A DNA stretch of 64,000 bases. Origin: Spirochaetia bacterium. Lineage in GTDB: Bacteria > Spirochaetota > Spirochaetia > SZUA-6 > Bin103. Shown one piece after another: positions 39,291 through 48,216 of the stretch; the stretch's first letter is position 1, and each line of letters starts with the position of its first letter. The notes below the pieces were generated by a model, which was not told where the DNA came from, made no database searches, and saw only the letters and a program-made list of their open reading frames with translations. Position numbers and translations under genes: made by a program. The DNA is taken from positions 3,360,001 through 3,424,000 of the forward strand of contig CBDBDQ010000005.1 in assembly GCA_965203905.1 (NCBI GenBank). Reading direction: 5' to 3'.

Positions 39291-40409
39291 ATGCCAGCGG
39301 TGAGCGACGCCCGCGAAGCGATCATCGATTGCGACGTACACGTCTACCCGCGCGACCCGGAGGAATTGCAGCGCTACCTGCCGCTGCCGTGGAAGCACTG
39401 GTACCGCGGCGAGTCACGCCCCTTCTACCAGCACAAGCCGCCGCTGCACGGCTCGCGCCAGGACGCCTTTCCGCCTGACGGGGGGAAGCCCGGCACCGAC
39501 CCCGATACCCTGCGCCGCCAGTTGATCGATGCCTACGGAATCCGCCACGCCATCCTGCTGCCGCGCTCCTTCGTCAACATGTACCCCGATCCCGACTACG
39601 CCACGGCGCTGGCGCGCGCCTTCAACGACTGGCTGCTGGACACCTGGCTGACGCGTTACAACGGCGACGGATGTTTCCGCGGCTCCCTCACCGTCGCGCA
39701 GCAGGACCCGCATTTGGCCGCCGCCGAGATCGAGCGCCTGGGCAACAACGATCACTTGGTCCAGGTGATGGTGGACTCCGGCGCCCGCGCGCCGTTCGGG
39801 CAGCGCCAGTACCTGCCCATCTACGAGCAGTGCGCCGCCCACGGGCTGCCATTCGCGATCCACCCCGGCACCGACGGCGCCGGCATCAACGTGCAGCACA
39901 CCCAGGGCTACCCCACCCACCTGATCGAGTGGCACTCGCTGCTGTCGCTGGGGTTCCAGTCGCACCTGGTGAGCTTCATCACCGAGGGCGTGTTCGAGCG
40001 CTTCCCGGACTTCACCGTAGTGCTGGTGGAGGGCGGCGTCGCCTGGCTGGCGCCGCTGATCTGGCGGCTCACCGATCACTGGCGCTCCATGCGCGCCGAG
40101 GTGCCGTGGATGGTGCGGCCGCCCCTGGAGTACCTGCACCGCAACGTGCGCCTCACCACCCAACCGTTGGAGAACCCCGACGATCCCGCTCACCTGGCCA
40201 CCCTGCTGCAGAGCATCGACGCGCAGCGGATGCTGATGTTCGCCAGCGACTACCCGCACTTCGACTTCGACTCGCCGGCCGCGGTCAGCCGCCGCCTTCC
40301 CCGTGCCATGCTGCCGGCGATCCTGCACGACAACGCCGCCCGCCTGTACGGCCTCGCCACCGTCGCGGACCAGGCCGCCGACCACCCGGAGTCCCCCGTG
40401 AAGCGCTGA
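39291..40409 (+). CDS. Amidohydrolase-2 family protein (start may be GTG 39300)
   Basis: IDCDVH, IHP, EGVFERFP, EGG, FASDYPH. Confidence 0.9.
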   Translation: MPAVSDAREAIIDCDVHVYPRDPEELQRYLPLPWKHWYRGESRPFYQHKPPLHGSRQDAFPPDGGKPGTDPDTLRRQLIDAYGIRHAILLPRSFVNMYPDPDYATALARAFNDWLLDTWLTRYNGDGCFRGSLTVAQQDPHLAAAEIERLGNNDHLVQVMVDSGARAPFGQRQYLPIYEQCAAHGLPFAIHPGTDGAGINVQHTQGYPTHLIEWHSLLSLGFQSHLVSFITEGVFERFPDFTVVLVEGGVAWLAPLIWRLTDHWRSMRAEVPWMVRPPLEYLHRNVRLTTQPLENPDDPAHLATLLQSIDAQRMLMFASDYPHFDFDSPAAVSRRLPRAMLPAILHDNAARLYGLATVADQAADHPESPVKR

Positions 40410-40911
40410 CCGTCGTGCTCGCCGTCGATGAAGCAGCCAGGGGTACCGGCAGCCGCAGCACATTGAGCGAGCGTGAGCCGGGGGGGGGGCAGGTCTGCAT
40501 TTTGGCGGCGAGCGTAACGATGGGGTAGGCATGAGGGCGCGCGTCATCGTGCAGTTTCGACTGCGGGTTGTCGCACCCGGAGCTGGCCGCGGTAGTCGCC
40601 TACTCGGCGGGATGAACGATGGCGTATCTAGTGCAACGCCCCGGCGGTTGGCGGCGCCGGGCGCCGACTCCATCGGGTTGCGGACAATTTGGACCCGAAT
40701 CAGCCCGTGCCGGGCAATAGAGTGTCGGTGTCGGCAGAGGCTACCGGTGGAGCAATCCGTTCTCTGCCCACCTCCTCTGCTTTGCCTGCGCCCGGCGCAT
40801 GACATCGCTGCGCGGGTAGTGGATGGTTTTGGGATTGAAGCTCATAGGAGCTGGCGGATAGCATAGGACGAGGCTTGCAGCAGTCGGAGCCTGAGACCAG
40901 CGGAGAAGCCA

Positions 40912-41313
40912 ATGCCATTCGAATTTGTCATAGACGGGCCTCCTGTGTCGTAGCAAGCTCGAAGGCGAAGCCGAGTCAAGGAGTGGACGCAGCAGGTGCA
41001 GAGTGTTGCCGAGAGGCGTTGGGAAACTGAGCCGCCCTTTGTTGGAGAAGTCATGGTGACTATTACGTACTTGTACGAAGGCGCGTCACTCGATGTTGAC
41101 AACATATCGAAGCCAATCTTGGATGCTTTGAAAGGACTAGTGTATTCAGACGACACACAAGTCTCCGACTTGCTTTGCCGTAAGAGGGACCTGAAGGGCG
41201 ATCTTCGAATTCAAGATCCTTTATTGTTATTGCTGAAAACTCTCGAGCACTCAGAACAGTTCCTTCACATCATCGTGGATAATACCCTAAACCAGGAGGT
41301 GGCAGGATGGTAG
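40912..41313 (+). pseudogene. RusA-like nuclease with in-frame amber stop at codon 14
   Basis: MPFEFVIDGPPVS*QARRR...DVDNISKPILDALKGLVYSDDTQV; TAG at 40951-40953. Confidence 0.85.
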
Positions 41314-41999
41314 GGCACGGAACGATCTCCGAGTACCTCCTCACGAAAAAGACGGCGGAGGAGTACCGCAGCAGGGGCTACGAAGTTTTAGCAGAAGCCT
41401 CACTCGATTTCTTGCCAGGCTTCACGGCTGATTTGTTGGTTCGGAAAGGCGACGAAGTGAAGGTAATCGAGGTGAAGTCGAGGCCGTCATTGGCCGCTGA
41501 TCCCAAGGTAAGTGAGTTGGCGCGAATCATTGAGTCGAAACCCGGATGGACTTTCGAGCTGCTGTTAGTGGGTGAACCTGAGAAGCTGGACTCGCCGGAA
41601 GGCGCCCGTTCGTTTGAGGGTGAGAGTATCGGGCACAGGTTAGAGGAAGCTGAGAAGGCTCTCCAAGCGGGATTTCCGGAGGCCGCCTTCTTGCTCGCAT
41701 GGTCAGCCCATGAAGCCGCCATCAGAAAAATGATTGCTGAACAGGGAGTAGCAGAGTCTACAATCACCGGGCCCGGCTACGTTCTCGACCAAGCCGTTTT
41801 TAACGGCGTGATCTCAAGGGAGGACTACAAGACTCTGAAAGAAATGCTGAAGTATAGAAACGCCATCGTCCACGGGTTCAGCCTCAGTGATTTTCGTGTT
41901 GAAATGGTGGTCGGCTTACTAAACACCGGGCGGCGCATCATTACTCCTACCTTGGAGACCAAAGACGACGATCGGCAGACATCGTCGTCCGTTGAATGA
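41307..41999 (+). CDS. REase_AHJR-like PD-(D/E)XK domain + C-terminal HEPN-like domain
   Basis: EEYRSRGYEV...ADLLVRKGDEVKVIEVK; AAFLLAWSAHEAAIR; RNAIVHG (Rx4H). Confidence 0.75.
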   Translation: MVGHGTISEYLLTKKTAEEYRSRGYEVLAEASLDFLPGFTADLLVRKGDEVKVIEVKSRPSLAADPKVSELARIIESKPGWTFELLLVGEPEKLDSPEGARSFEGESIGHRLEEAEKALQAGFPEAAFLLAWSAHEAAIRKMIAEQGVAESTITGPGYVLDQAVFNGVISREDYKTLKEMLKYRNAIVHGFSLSDFRVEMVVGLLNTGRRIITPTLETKDDDRQTSSSVE

Positions 42000-42125
42000 A
42001 AGCTGTCGGGAGACCACATTGTGACTCCGGTCGTGCGGTTCGATGAACTCCTCGACGAATATCCGAACATTGCGCGAGATCCGGACAACTACATCAAGCT
42101 GGGAGTGGAGCACGCAAGCGAGTGA
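42000..42125 (+). pseudogene. C-terminal remnant of a probable zinc-binding dehydrogenase
   Basis: KLSGDHIVTPVVRFDELLDEY...YIKLGVEHASE*; stop overlaps the HAD start (GTGA). Confidence 0.45.
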
Positions 42126-42757
42126 GGAAGTACATACTCTTCGATCATGACGGTGTGCTGGTGGATACCGAATTCTGGTATTTCAAGGCTGGAGAACGCG
42201 CCCTGGCGGACATTGGTTTCGTTTTGGACAAGGATCAATACCTCCGCGACATGACCCAGGGATTGGCTACCTGGGCGCAAGCCAGAGCGGCAGGTATTGA
42301 TGAACCGACCATCAGCAGGCAGCGTGAGGTCCGAAATGCTTACTATCAGGAATATCTTAGAACGGAAGCCATTGAGATTGAAGGCGTCGTTGAAGCTCTT
42401 GCTGAACTGTCAAAATACGTCCGCATGGCTATCGTGACGACTTGCAAACGTGCGGATTTCGAGATCATCCATGAACAGCGCCAAATCAGACGATTCATGG
42501 ATTTTGTCCTTGCTCGCGAAGACTACCAGCTCACCAAGCCGCACCCGGAACCATACCTGACCGGCTTGAAGCGCCTCGCAGCAAGCAAAAAAGAAACACT
42601 GGTGGTAGAGGATTCCTGCAGAGGGCTGAACTCAGCCGTGGCGGCCGGTATAGACTGTGTCATCGTCCATAACGAATTCACCAAAGCACAAGACTTTTCA
42701 CAGGCCAGCTATCGAATCGATACTCTGATCGAATTGAAGGATATCGTCCTTTCGTAG
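42122..42757 (+). CDS. HAD-family phosphatase
   Basis: FDHDGVLVDTE, KPHPEPY, EDS. Confidence 0.92.
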   Translation: MRKYILFDHDGVLVDTEFWYFKAGERALADIGFVLDKDQYLRDMTQGLATWAQARAAGIDEPTISRQREVRNAYYQEYLRTEAIEIEGVVEALAELSKYVRMAIVTTCKRADFEIIHEQRQIRRFMDFVLAREDYQLTKPHPEPYLTGLKRLAASKKETLVVEDSCRGLNSAVAAGIDCVIVHNEFTKAQDFSQASYRIDTLIELKDIVLS

Positions 42758-42966
42758 CGGACCGTCCTCACGCGGTTTCTCTTCCGCCGCTCCGACCTGG
42801 CAGCCCGTGGCGAAACTTCGGCTGCATTCGAGCGGCGCTGCATCCCGGCTGGCTGCGTTGCTCGTCGCTCACATATCGCCCCGAAACCGCCGTCCTACGG
42901 ACGCCGCTTTCGGCCCATCCCCACCTACGCTTAAGGAGTCTGTCGCAACCCGACAGACTCCTGAGC

Positions 42967-44070
42967 CTAAGCGGGAATCAGCCCGAGCCGGTAGTATGAA
43001 TCGATGGTCGCGCGGATGGTGTCGTCGGCGGCGTGGGGCACGAGGCCGAGCTCCTGCATCGCCAGCAGGCAATACGAGCGCGGCGCATCGTGGGTGTCCT
43101 GGGCGGGCCGATCGCCATCCATTTCCTCGCCGCCTATCTCCTGCACCCCGGGGAACAGCTCGTGGAGGCGTTGCTGCAGCTCCCAGGTGAACAGTTCCCC
43201 GCCGCGGTCCCGGGCCGACAGGATGTAGCGCGAGCCGTTCGTCGCCGTGGTGCTCTCGGCCGCGAGGCGGTGGGCCCTGGCCGTGTCGCGCACGTCGGCG
43301 ATGTTCCACAGCATGCGGCCGCCGGGCGTCTTTTTGTAGGGCTGCCCCGACATCATGAACCTCATGCAGTTCTGCCAACTCCAGCCCTGGTCATGGTTTG
43401 CAGTCATCAGCGGGCCGATCACGTGTACCGGCAGGATGGCCATCGCCTCGAAGCAGCCGTCCTGTTCGGCCGCCTGGTAGATCATACGCTCGGTGTTGGC
43501 CTTGGCCATGGCGTAGGCGAGATCGCGGTTTTCCGGAATGCGGTCCTCGGTCCAGCGTCCGCGGTAGGCCTCGAGGTTGTCGCCACACCAGTCCCGCTCG
43601 GTGAACACGTACCCTGGCGGTCGCGGGTGGCTGACGGCGGCGAACGAGCTGGTGAAGACGAAGCGCTTGAGATTGCCGGACTTGCGCGCCGCGGCGAGCA
43701 CGTGGTCGTTCTCGGTGAAGCAGCCGTCGTACACCTCCTGCGGCGTTTCCTTGTTGTATCCGACGGTCGCGCCGGCGTGGAGCACCGCGCTGCACCCTGC
43801 GAACGCCGCGTCGTAGCTGCCGCGTTCGAACAGCTCGCCGCGAAACAGCTCGACCTCGCCACGAAGGTCGCGATCTTCGTTGAGCGCGGTCAGATGGTCG
43901 ACCTTCGCAGCATTGGTCAAATCCCGGACGCAGGCGTGGACGCGGTAGCCCTGCGCCATCAGATCGTAGACGATCCAGGAGCCGATATACCCGCTCGCGC
44001 CGGTGACGGCGACCGGACCGTCGGCGGGTGAGACCGCAGTCACGTTTGTGCGGTTTCCTTCAGTCTTCAT
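42967..44070 (-). CDS. NAD-dependent epimerase/dehydratase (DFR-like extended SDR)
   Basis: VTGASGYIGS, FTSSFAAV, YAMAK, DVRDTARAH. Confidence 0.9.
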   Translation of the reverse strand: MKTEGNRTNVTAVSPADGPVAVTGASGYIGSWIVYDLMAQGYRVHACVRDLTNAAKVDHLTALNEDRDLRGEVELFRGELFERGSYDAAFAGCSAVLHAGATVGYNKETPQEVYDGCFTENDHVLAAARKSGNLKRFVFTSSFAAVSHPRPPGYVFTERDWCGDNLEAYRGRWTEDRIPENRDLAYAMAKANTERMIYQAAEQDGCFEAMAILPVHVIGPLMTANHDQGWSWQNCMRFMMSGQPYKKTPGGRMLWNIADVRDTARAHRLAAESTTATNGSRYILSARDRGGELFTWELQQRLHELFPGVQEIGGEEMDGDRPAQDTHDAPRSYCLLAMQELGLVPHAADDTIRATIDSYYRLGLIPA

Positions 44071-44203
44071 GGCGCTACCCTATCCGGTTCGCCGCGTTCC
44101 GGGAAGCTATCGCCTCGGCGCGCCGGTGTAGCCCGCCTGCTTGAGCCGGCTGCGAGTGGCCTGTCAACTGTGCCACGCTCCGCATTTTGCTCCGCCTATT
44201 CTG

Positions 44204-44890
44204 TCACGCGCCCCTGAGCCGCGGGTCGAGCAGATCGCGCACGGCGTCGCCGAACATGTTGAGACTCAAGACGACGATCGTCAGGCACAGCCCCGGCCAG
44301 AGAGCCAGCCATGGCGCCTGCTCCATGTATTCACGTCCTTCCCGGCTGAGCAGACCTCCCCAGCTCGGAACGGTCGGAGGTAGACCAAAACCGAGAAAGC
44401 TCAGAGAAGCCTCAGCTATCATCACCGCTCCGATGTTGATGCTGAATATGATGACGACGACGGGCATGATGTTGGGCAGCACATGGCGGACAAACGCTCT
44501 CCATTTCGCGGAGCCAATCGCCTCTGCGGCCTGAAAATAGACGTTCTCCTTGATACCGACCACCGTGCCTCGCATTACTCTCGAGCCACCGATGCCTCCG
44601 GCTATACCCAGGACGACTATTATCTGTGTTACGCCCCGCCCGACCAGGGACATTATCGTTAACAATATGAGCGAGAGCCACCACAACGTTGAGACTGGTC
44701 GCCGCCAGACCGACACCTATCGAAAGCCGAGCGCCGTAGATAACGCGGCTCAAAAAGTCCCGCCCCAACTGGTCGGTGCCCAGCGGATACTGGGCTGATG
44801 AGCCCTGCAGTCTGTCCCTGAGGTGCACGTCAAGGAAGCCGTACGGGGCCAGAACATCGGCAAAGATAGCCACAAGAATCAATAGCATTC
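44204..44890 (-). pseudogene. DppC-type permease remnant, paralogue of 49196-50089
   Basis: LGTDQLGRD...LNVVVAL then a frame change to LILLTIMS...DPRLRGA; about 30 codons deleted near 44670; 5' end lost. Confidence 0.85.
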
Positions 44891-44891
44891 G

Positions 44892-45105
44892 TTGACTTCC
44901 GAGTCGTTGACAGGGTGGCCGCGTCCATAGCAAGCTTGCGTAGCTTGGCGTTCGACGGATCGATGACGAAGCGCCATGACAGTCAGCACAGTGGGCGGTT
45001 GGTCGGTGACGTCCGAGCCGTTGACAGGTTTCCGCCCGCCTGCGACGGTTCACCGGTTCACCGCTCGGGGTTGACAGGCTGCCGCCCGCGTGCGACGATG
45101 CCACG
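44892..45105 (+). repeat. Three degenerate direct repeats each carrying TTGACA
   Basis: GTTGACAGG at 44906, 45020 and 45070 with shared flanks (TCCGAGYC upstream of copies 1-2; CCGCCCGC.TGCGACG downstream of copies 2-3). Confidence 0.7.
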
Positions 45106-45319
45106 TTCAGAGAGCGGCGAATTAGGATGAGACGCCACGATCACGGCCGGTGCAGTGACCGGTTGCCGGTAAGGCAGCCTGCACATACGTCTGTCCCCTC
45201 TACCCCCCCTCCCGGGCTGTCTTCTTCGAACATCCCGTAGACCACTAACCGAACAGGCCGATCGCGGCGCGGGCGCCTTCGCCTTCAGCACCGGGGCCGC
45301 GGCCGACCACATGTGGCGC

Positions 45320-45619
45320 CGGCGTCCCGGGTGTGGCCTGCCGCCTCCTCCAACGGCGTCGGCACCCCGAAGCAATTGCCGTTCGCGGCTCGATACCCGG
45401 CCCGCACGTACCGCTGTCAACGCTTCACCGTGCCCTGGTCCGAAAATGTCGGCCAGCAAGGGATGCCTGTGTATCGATTTCCGTCGTGTTCCGTGTCACG
45501 GAATGACCGTGCCGACTCGCGGGCTACGCTACATGACTCGGAGCCGTCGTGGGTCGCTCACCCTTCAGTCGTATGACTCCTTCATTCACCACAACCCCAC
45601 CCGGCTGTTGCCGGCGCAT
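45320..45619 (-). mobile_element. 5' (domain I) remnant of a group II intron, no RT gene
   Basis: Minus strand ATGCGCCGG...GTGAATGAAGGAGTCATACG...GAGTCATG...GGTGAAGCGTTGACAG...GGCCGGGTATCGAGCCGCGAA...GGGGTGCCGACGC resembles recalled bacterial group II intron 5' ends. Confidence 0.7.
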
Positions 45620-45900
45620 CGGAGGCGCAGAATGATACTCAAACCACGTCGCAACAATGAGGGATATCAGCGATGTAACCCTCGTCGCCGTAGACGACGT
45701 GCCGCTGCCGCCACGTCGGTTTGAGAGAGCGGCCCTTCTGGCGGCATGCGGCTCGCGAGCGGGATGCGCGGCCGCCGTCGCTGGAACGACCGACTCTCAG
45801 ATCGATGCTATCCCTGTCGTTCGCCGGCCGTCCGCAGAACGTTGTTTGCCGCCTCGGGAAGCTCAATCGCAACAAAGTGTTACTCAGTGGCCCGAAGCGC

Positions 45901-45929
45901 TTGCCATGTGTATTGCGTTGGTCTAAGCT
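45901..45929 (+). promoter_or_regulatory. Candidate sigma70 promoter
   Basis: TTGCCA-17 nt-TAAGCT about 400 nt upstream of the SBP start. Confidence 0.5.
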
Positions 45930-46331
45930 GCCGGCGTATGGGTAACGACATGGTCCAACCCAGTCGCCGTCTAGCGCGGACGCTACCCGACTACCGCGCG
46001 CCGCTAGCCGCTCGGCCAACCACGCAGCGGCCGACCGGCGGGCGCCGGTGCTAAGCGCGGCACCAACGATCCGCGTGGCCCGAGCAGTCACGCGCCAGCC
46101 GGCCACCCACCTCCAGACCACCTGTGCGCGCACCACCGAGGGTGGCCGGTGCCCGCGTGCCCGGTCGGCGAGCGCGCGCCAAAGGAGGGGGGAATAGGGG
46201 AGCAGCTCTACTTAGGACCCAGCGGCTGTGGCCGCGGAAGGTGTCGCCCTCGCTCGACGAGAGCGCTCGCTCGCGAGCGTAGCGAGGGGCCGGCAGTCGA
46301 TTCAGTACTCTCGAGCAACAGGAGTTATCTG

Positions 46332-48146
46332 ATGCATTACGTAATGCGCACGTGCCTCGCCGTGCTGTGCGGTCTGGCACTGACTGCCACCGGCCTTTGG
46401 GCGGCTGCCTCCGAGGAGGAACCGGCCGCGGCGATGGAGAAGGAAATGGTGATGGACCCCACCACTGGCGAGATGGTGAGCGCACCCGAGTATGGCGGTA
46501 CTATCACCGGGCTGTTCCATCCGGGCTGGGAGGCCGAGCATGCCGACATGTGGCACTACCGCACTGTCATCCATCCCACCAAGATCGTCTTGGAGCGAAT
46601 GGGTGGCGGCAACTGGGGACTGCCCAGAGACCAGTGGTCCTTCATCGGTGCCATCCCGAATGTGCCTCAATACACCGGCAAGCTGGCCGAGAGCTGGGAC
46701 CAGCCCGACGCCACGACGATCGTCCTGCACATCCGCAGGGGGGTGAAGTGGCACGACAAGGAACCGATGAACGGCCGCGAGCTCGTTGCCGATGACGTCG
46801 TGTTCAACTTCTCCCGCAATCTGGGGCTCGGCGAGTTTGCCGCGGACGGGCCGAGCCCGGTGATCAGCGTTCTGGGTACGCTGCCGATCGAATCGATAAC
46901 GGCAACGGACCGGTATACGGTCGTCTTCAAGTTGAAGCAACCGAGGCTCGCCGCGCTGTACCACATCATCGGGGATATCTACGGCAATCAGTACCCGCCC
47001 GAAGTCATCAGGCAGGACGGCGACGCCAAGGATTGGACCAAGTTGGTAGGCACCGGGCCCTTCATGTGGACCGACTGGGTGAAAGGCACGTCCTTGACCT
47101 ATACCAAGAACCCCGATTACTGGGGCTTCGACGAGAAGTTTCCGGAGAACCGCCTGCCCTATGCCGACGAGTTCAAGGCGCTGATCATGCCGGACGAATC
47201 GACGCGCCTGGCGGCGCTGCGCTCGGGCCAGCTGGATGTGCTGGGGGGGCCCTCCGCGTTTGCGCTCGCGCCCGGCCCGGCGACCGAAGGCCTGGAGCGA
47301 ACCAATCCCGAGCTCAAACAGTTTGCCTACCAGAATCGCGGCCAGAACTCCGCAGCCTTCAAGACCCTCGAGCCACCCTTCGACGACGTTCGGGTGCGCA
47401 GGGCGATGCAGATGGCCCTGGACCTCGAGACGGTGGCCGACACGTACTTCAAGGGCTATGCGGATCCTACTCCTCGGGGTGTGGTCGGCACTGCCAACAC
47501 CGGGTACGCGTTCCCGATCGCAGAGTGGTCCGACGAGATCAGGGGTTACTACAGCTACGACCCGGAAGGTGCGGAGCGGCTTCTCGATGAAGCTGGATAT
47601 CCGCGCGGCGCCGACGGCGTCAGGTTCAAGACCGTATACAACGCCCATCCCAGCCCAGCGGCAAACGACAAGGGCTTTGTCGCCATAATGATCCAGTTTT
47701 GGGATGCGATTGGCGTCGATGTAGAGCTCGAGATCGTGGAAGGAGCGAAATTCGGCCCGATGACAGCTGACGCGTCACTGTATGAAGGGATGCTCTGGTT
47801 CATTAGCGGCTTCAACGCGCCGCTTCCCGTCACCACCGTCGGCTGGCAAGCCACAGGGGCGTACAACAACGCCACCGGGCACAGTGCGCCAGAATATGAT
47901 GCCATGATCGCAGCCATCGGCTCGGCGAAGACCGTCGAGGAGGAGAGGCAGCTGATCCAGGAGGCCGATCGGTACCTCATCGAGAAACACCTGTACCTGT
48001 GGGGTCCCATCATGCCGCAGGTTGCGGTGACGCAACCGTGGATCGTCGGCTACAACGGTGAAAACAGACTGGGAGACGTCGACAACTACTCGATCTTTGC
48101 CCGCCTGTGGATCGATCACGCAATGAAGGAGTCGATGGGTAACTAG
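46332..48146 (+). CDS. Family-5 (Dpp-type) ABC solute-binding protein
   Basis: Signal peptide; PEYGGT, LAESW, GRELVADDVVF, VGTGPF, NRLPY, PFDDVRVRRA; SD AGGAG. Confidence 0.93.
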   Translation: MHYVMRTCLAVLCGLALTATGLWAAASEEEPAAAMEKEMVMDPTTGEMVSAPEYGGTITGLFHPGWEAEHADMWHYRTVIHPTKIVLERMGGGNWGLPRDQWSFIGAIPNVPQYTGKLAESWDQPDATTIVLHIRRGVKWHDKEPMNGRELVADDVVFNFSRNLGLGEFAADGPSPVISVLGTLPIESITATDRYTVVFKLKQPRLAALYHIIGDIYGNQYPPEVIRQDGDAKDWTKLVGTGPFMWTDWVKGTSLTYTKNPDYWGFDEKFPENRLPYADEFKALIMPDESTRLAALRSGQLDVLGGPSAFALAPGPATEGLERTNPELKQFAYQNRGQNSAAFKTLEPPFDDVRVRRAMQMALDLETVADTYFKGYADPTPRGVVGTANTGYAFPIAEWSDEIRGYYSYDPEGAERLLDEAGYPRGADGVRFKTVYNAHPSPAANDKGFVAIMIQFWDAIGVDVELEIVEGAKFGPMTADASLYEGMLWFISGFNAPLPVTTVGWQATGAYNNATGHSAPEYDAMIAAIGSAKTVEEERQLIQEADRYLIEKHLYLWGPIMPQVAVTQPWIVGYNGENRLGDVDNYSIFARLWIDHAMKESMGN

Positions 48147-48216
48147 ATAGACCTGTTGGATCTCATGATCCCACCCGCTCGGCGCCCGCTGGGTGGGTGG
48201 ACTCTCATTCCGTCAC

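Noticed and set aside
40480-40489. G10 tract as a phase-variation switch
   Set aside because: Intergenic, not within a recognisable promoter or ORF, and prone to sequencing error.
40951-40953. TAG in the RusA-like gene as pyrrolysine or recoding
   Set aside because: TAG is used as a true stop throughout the window; a CAG-to-TAG transition is simpler.
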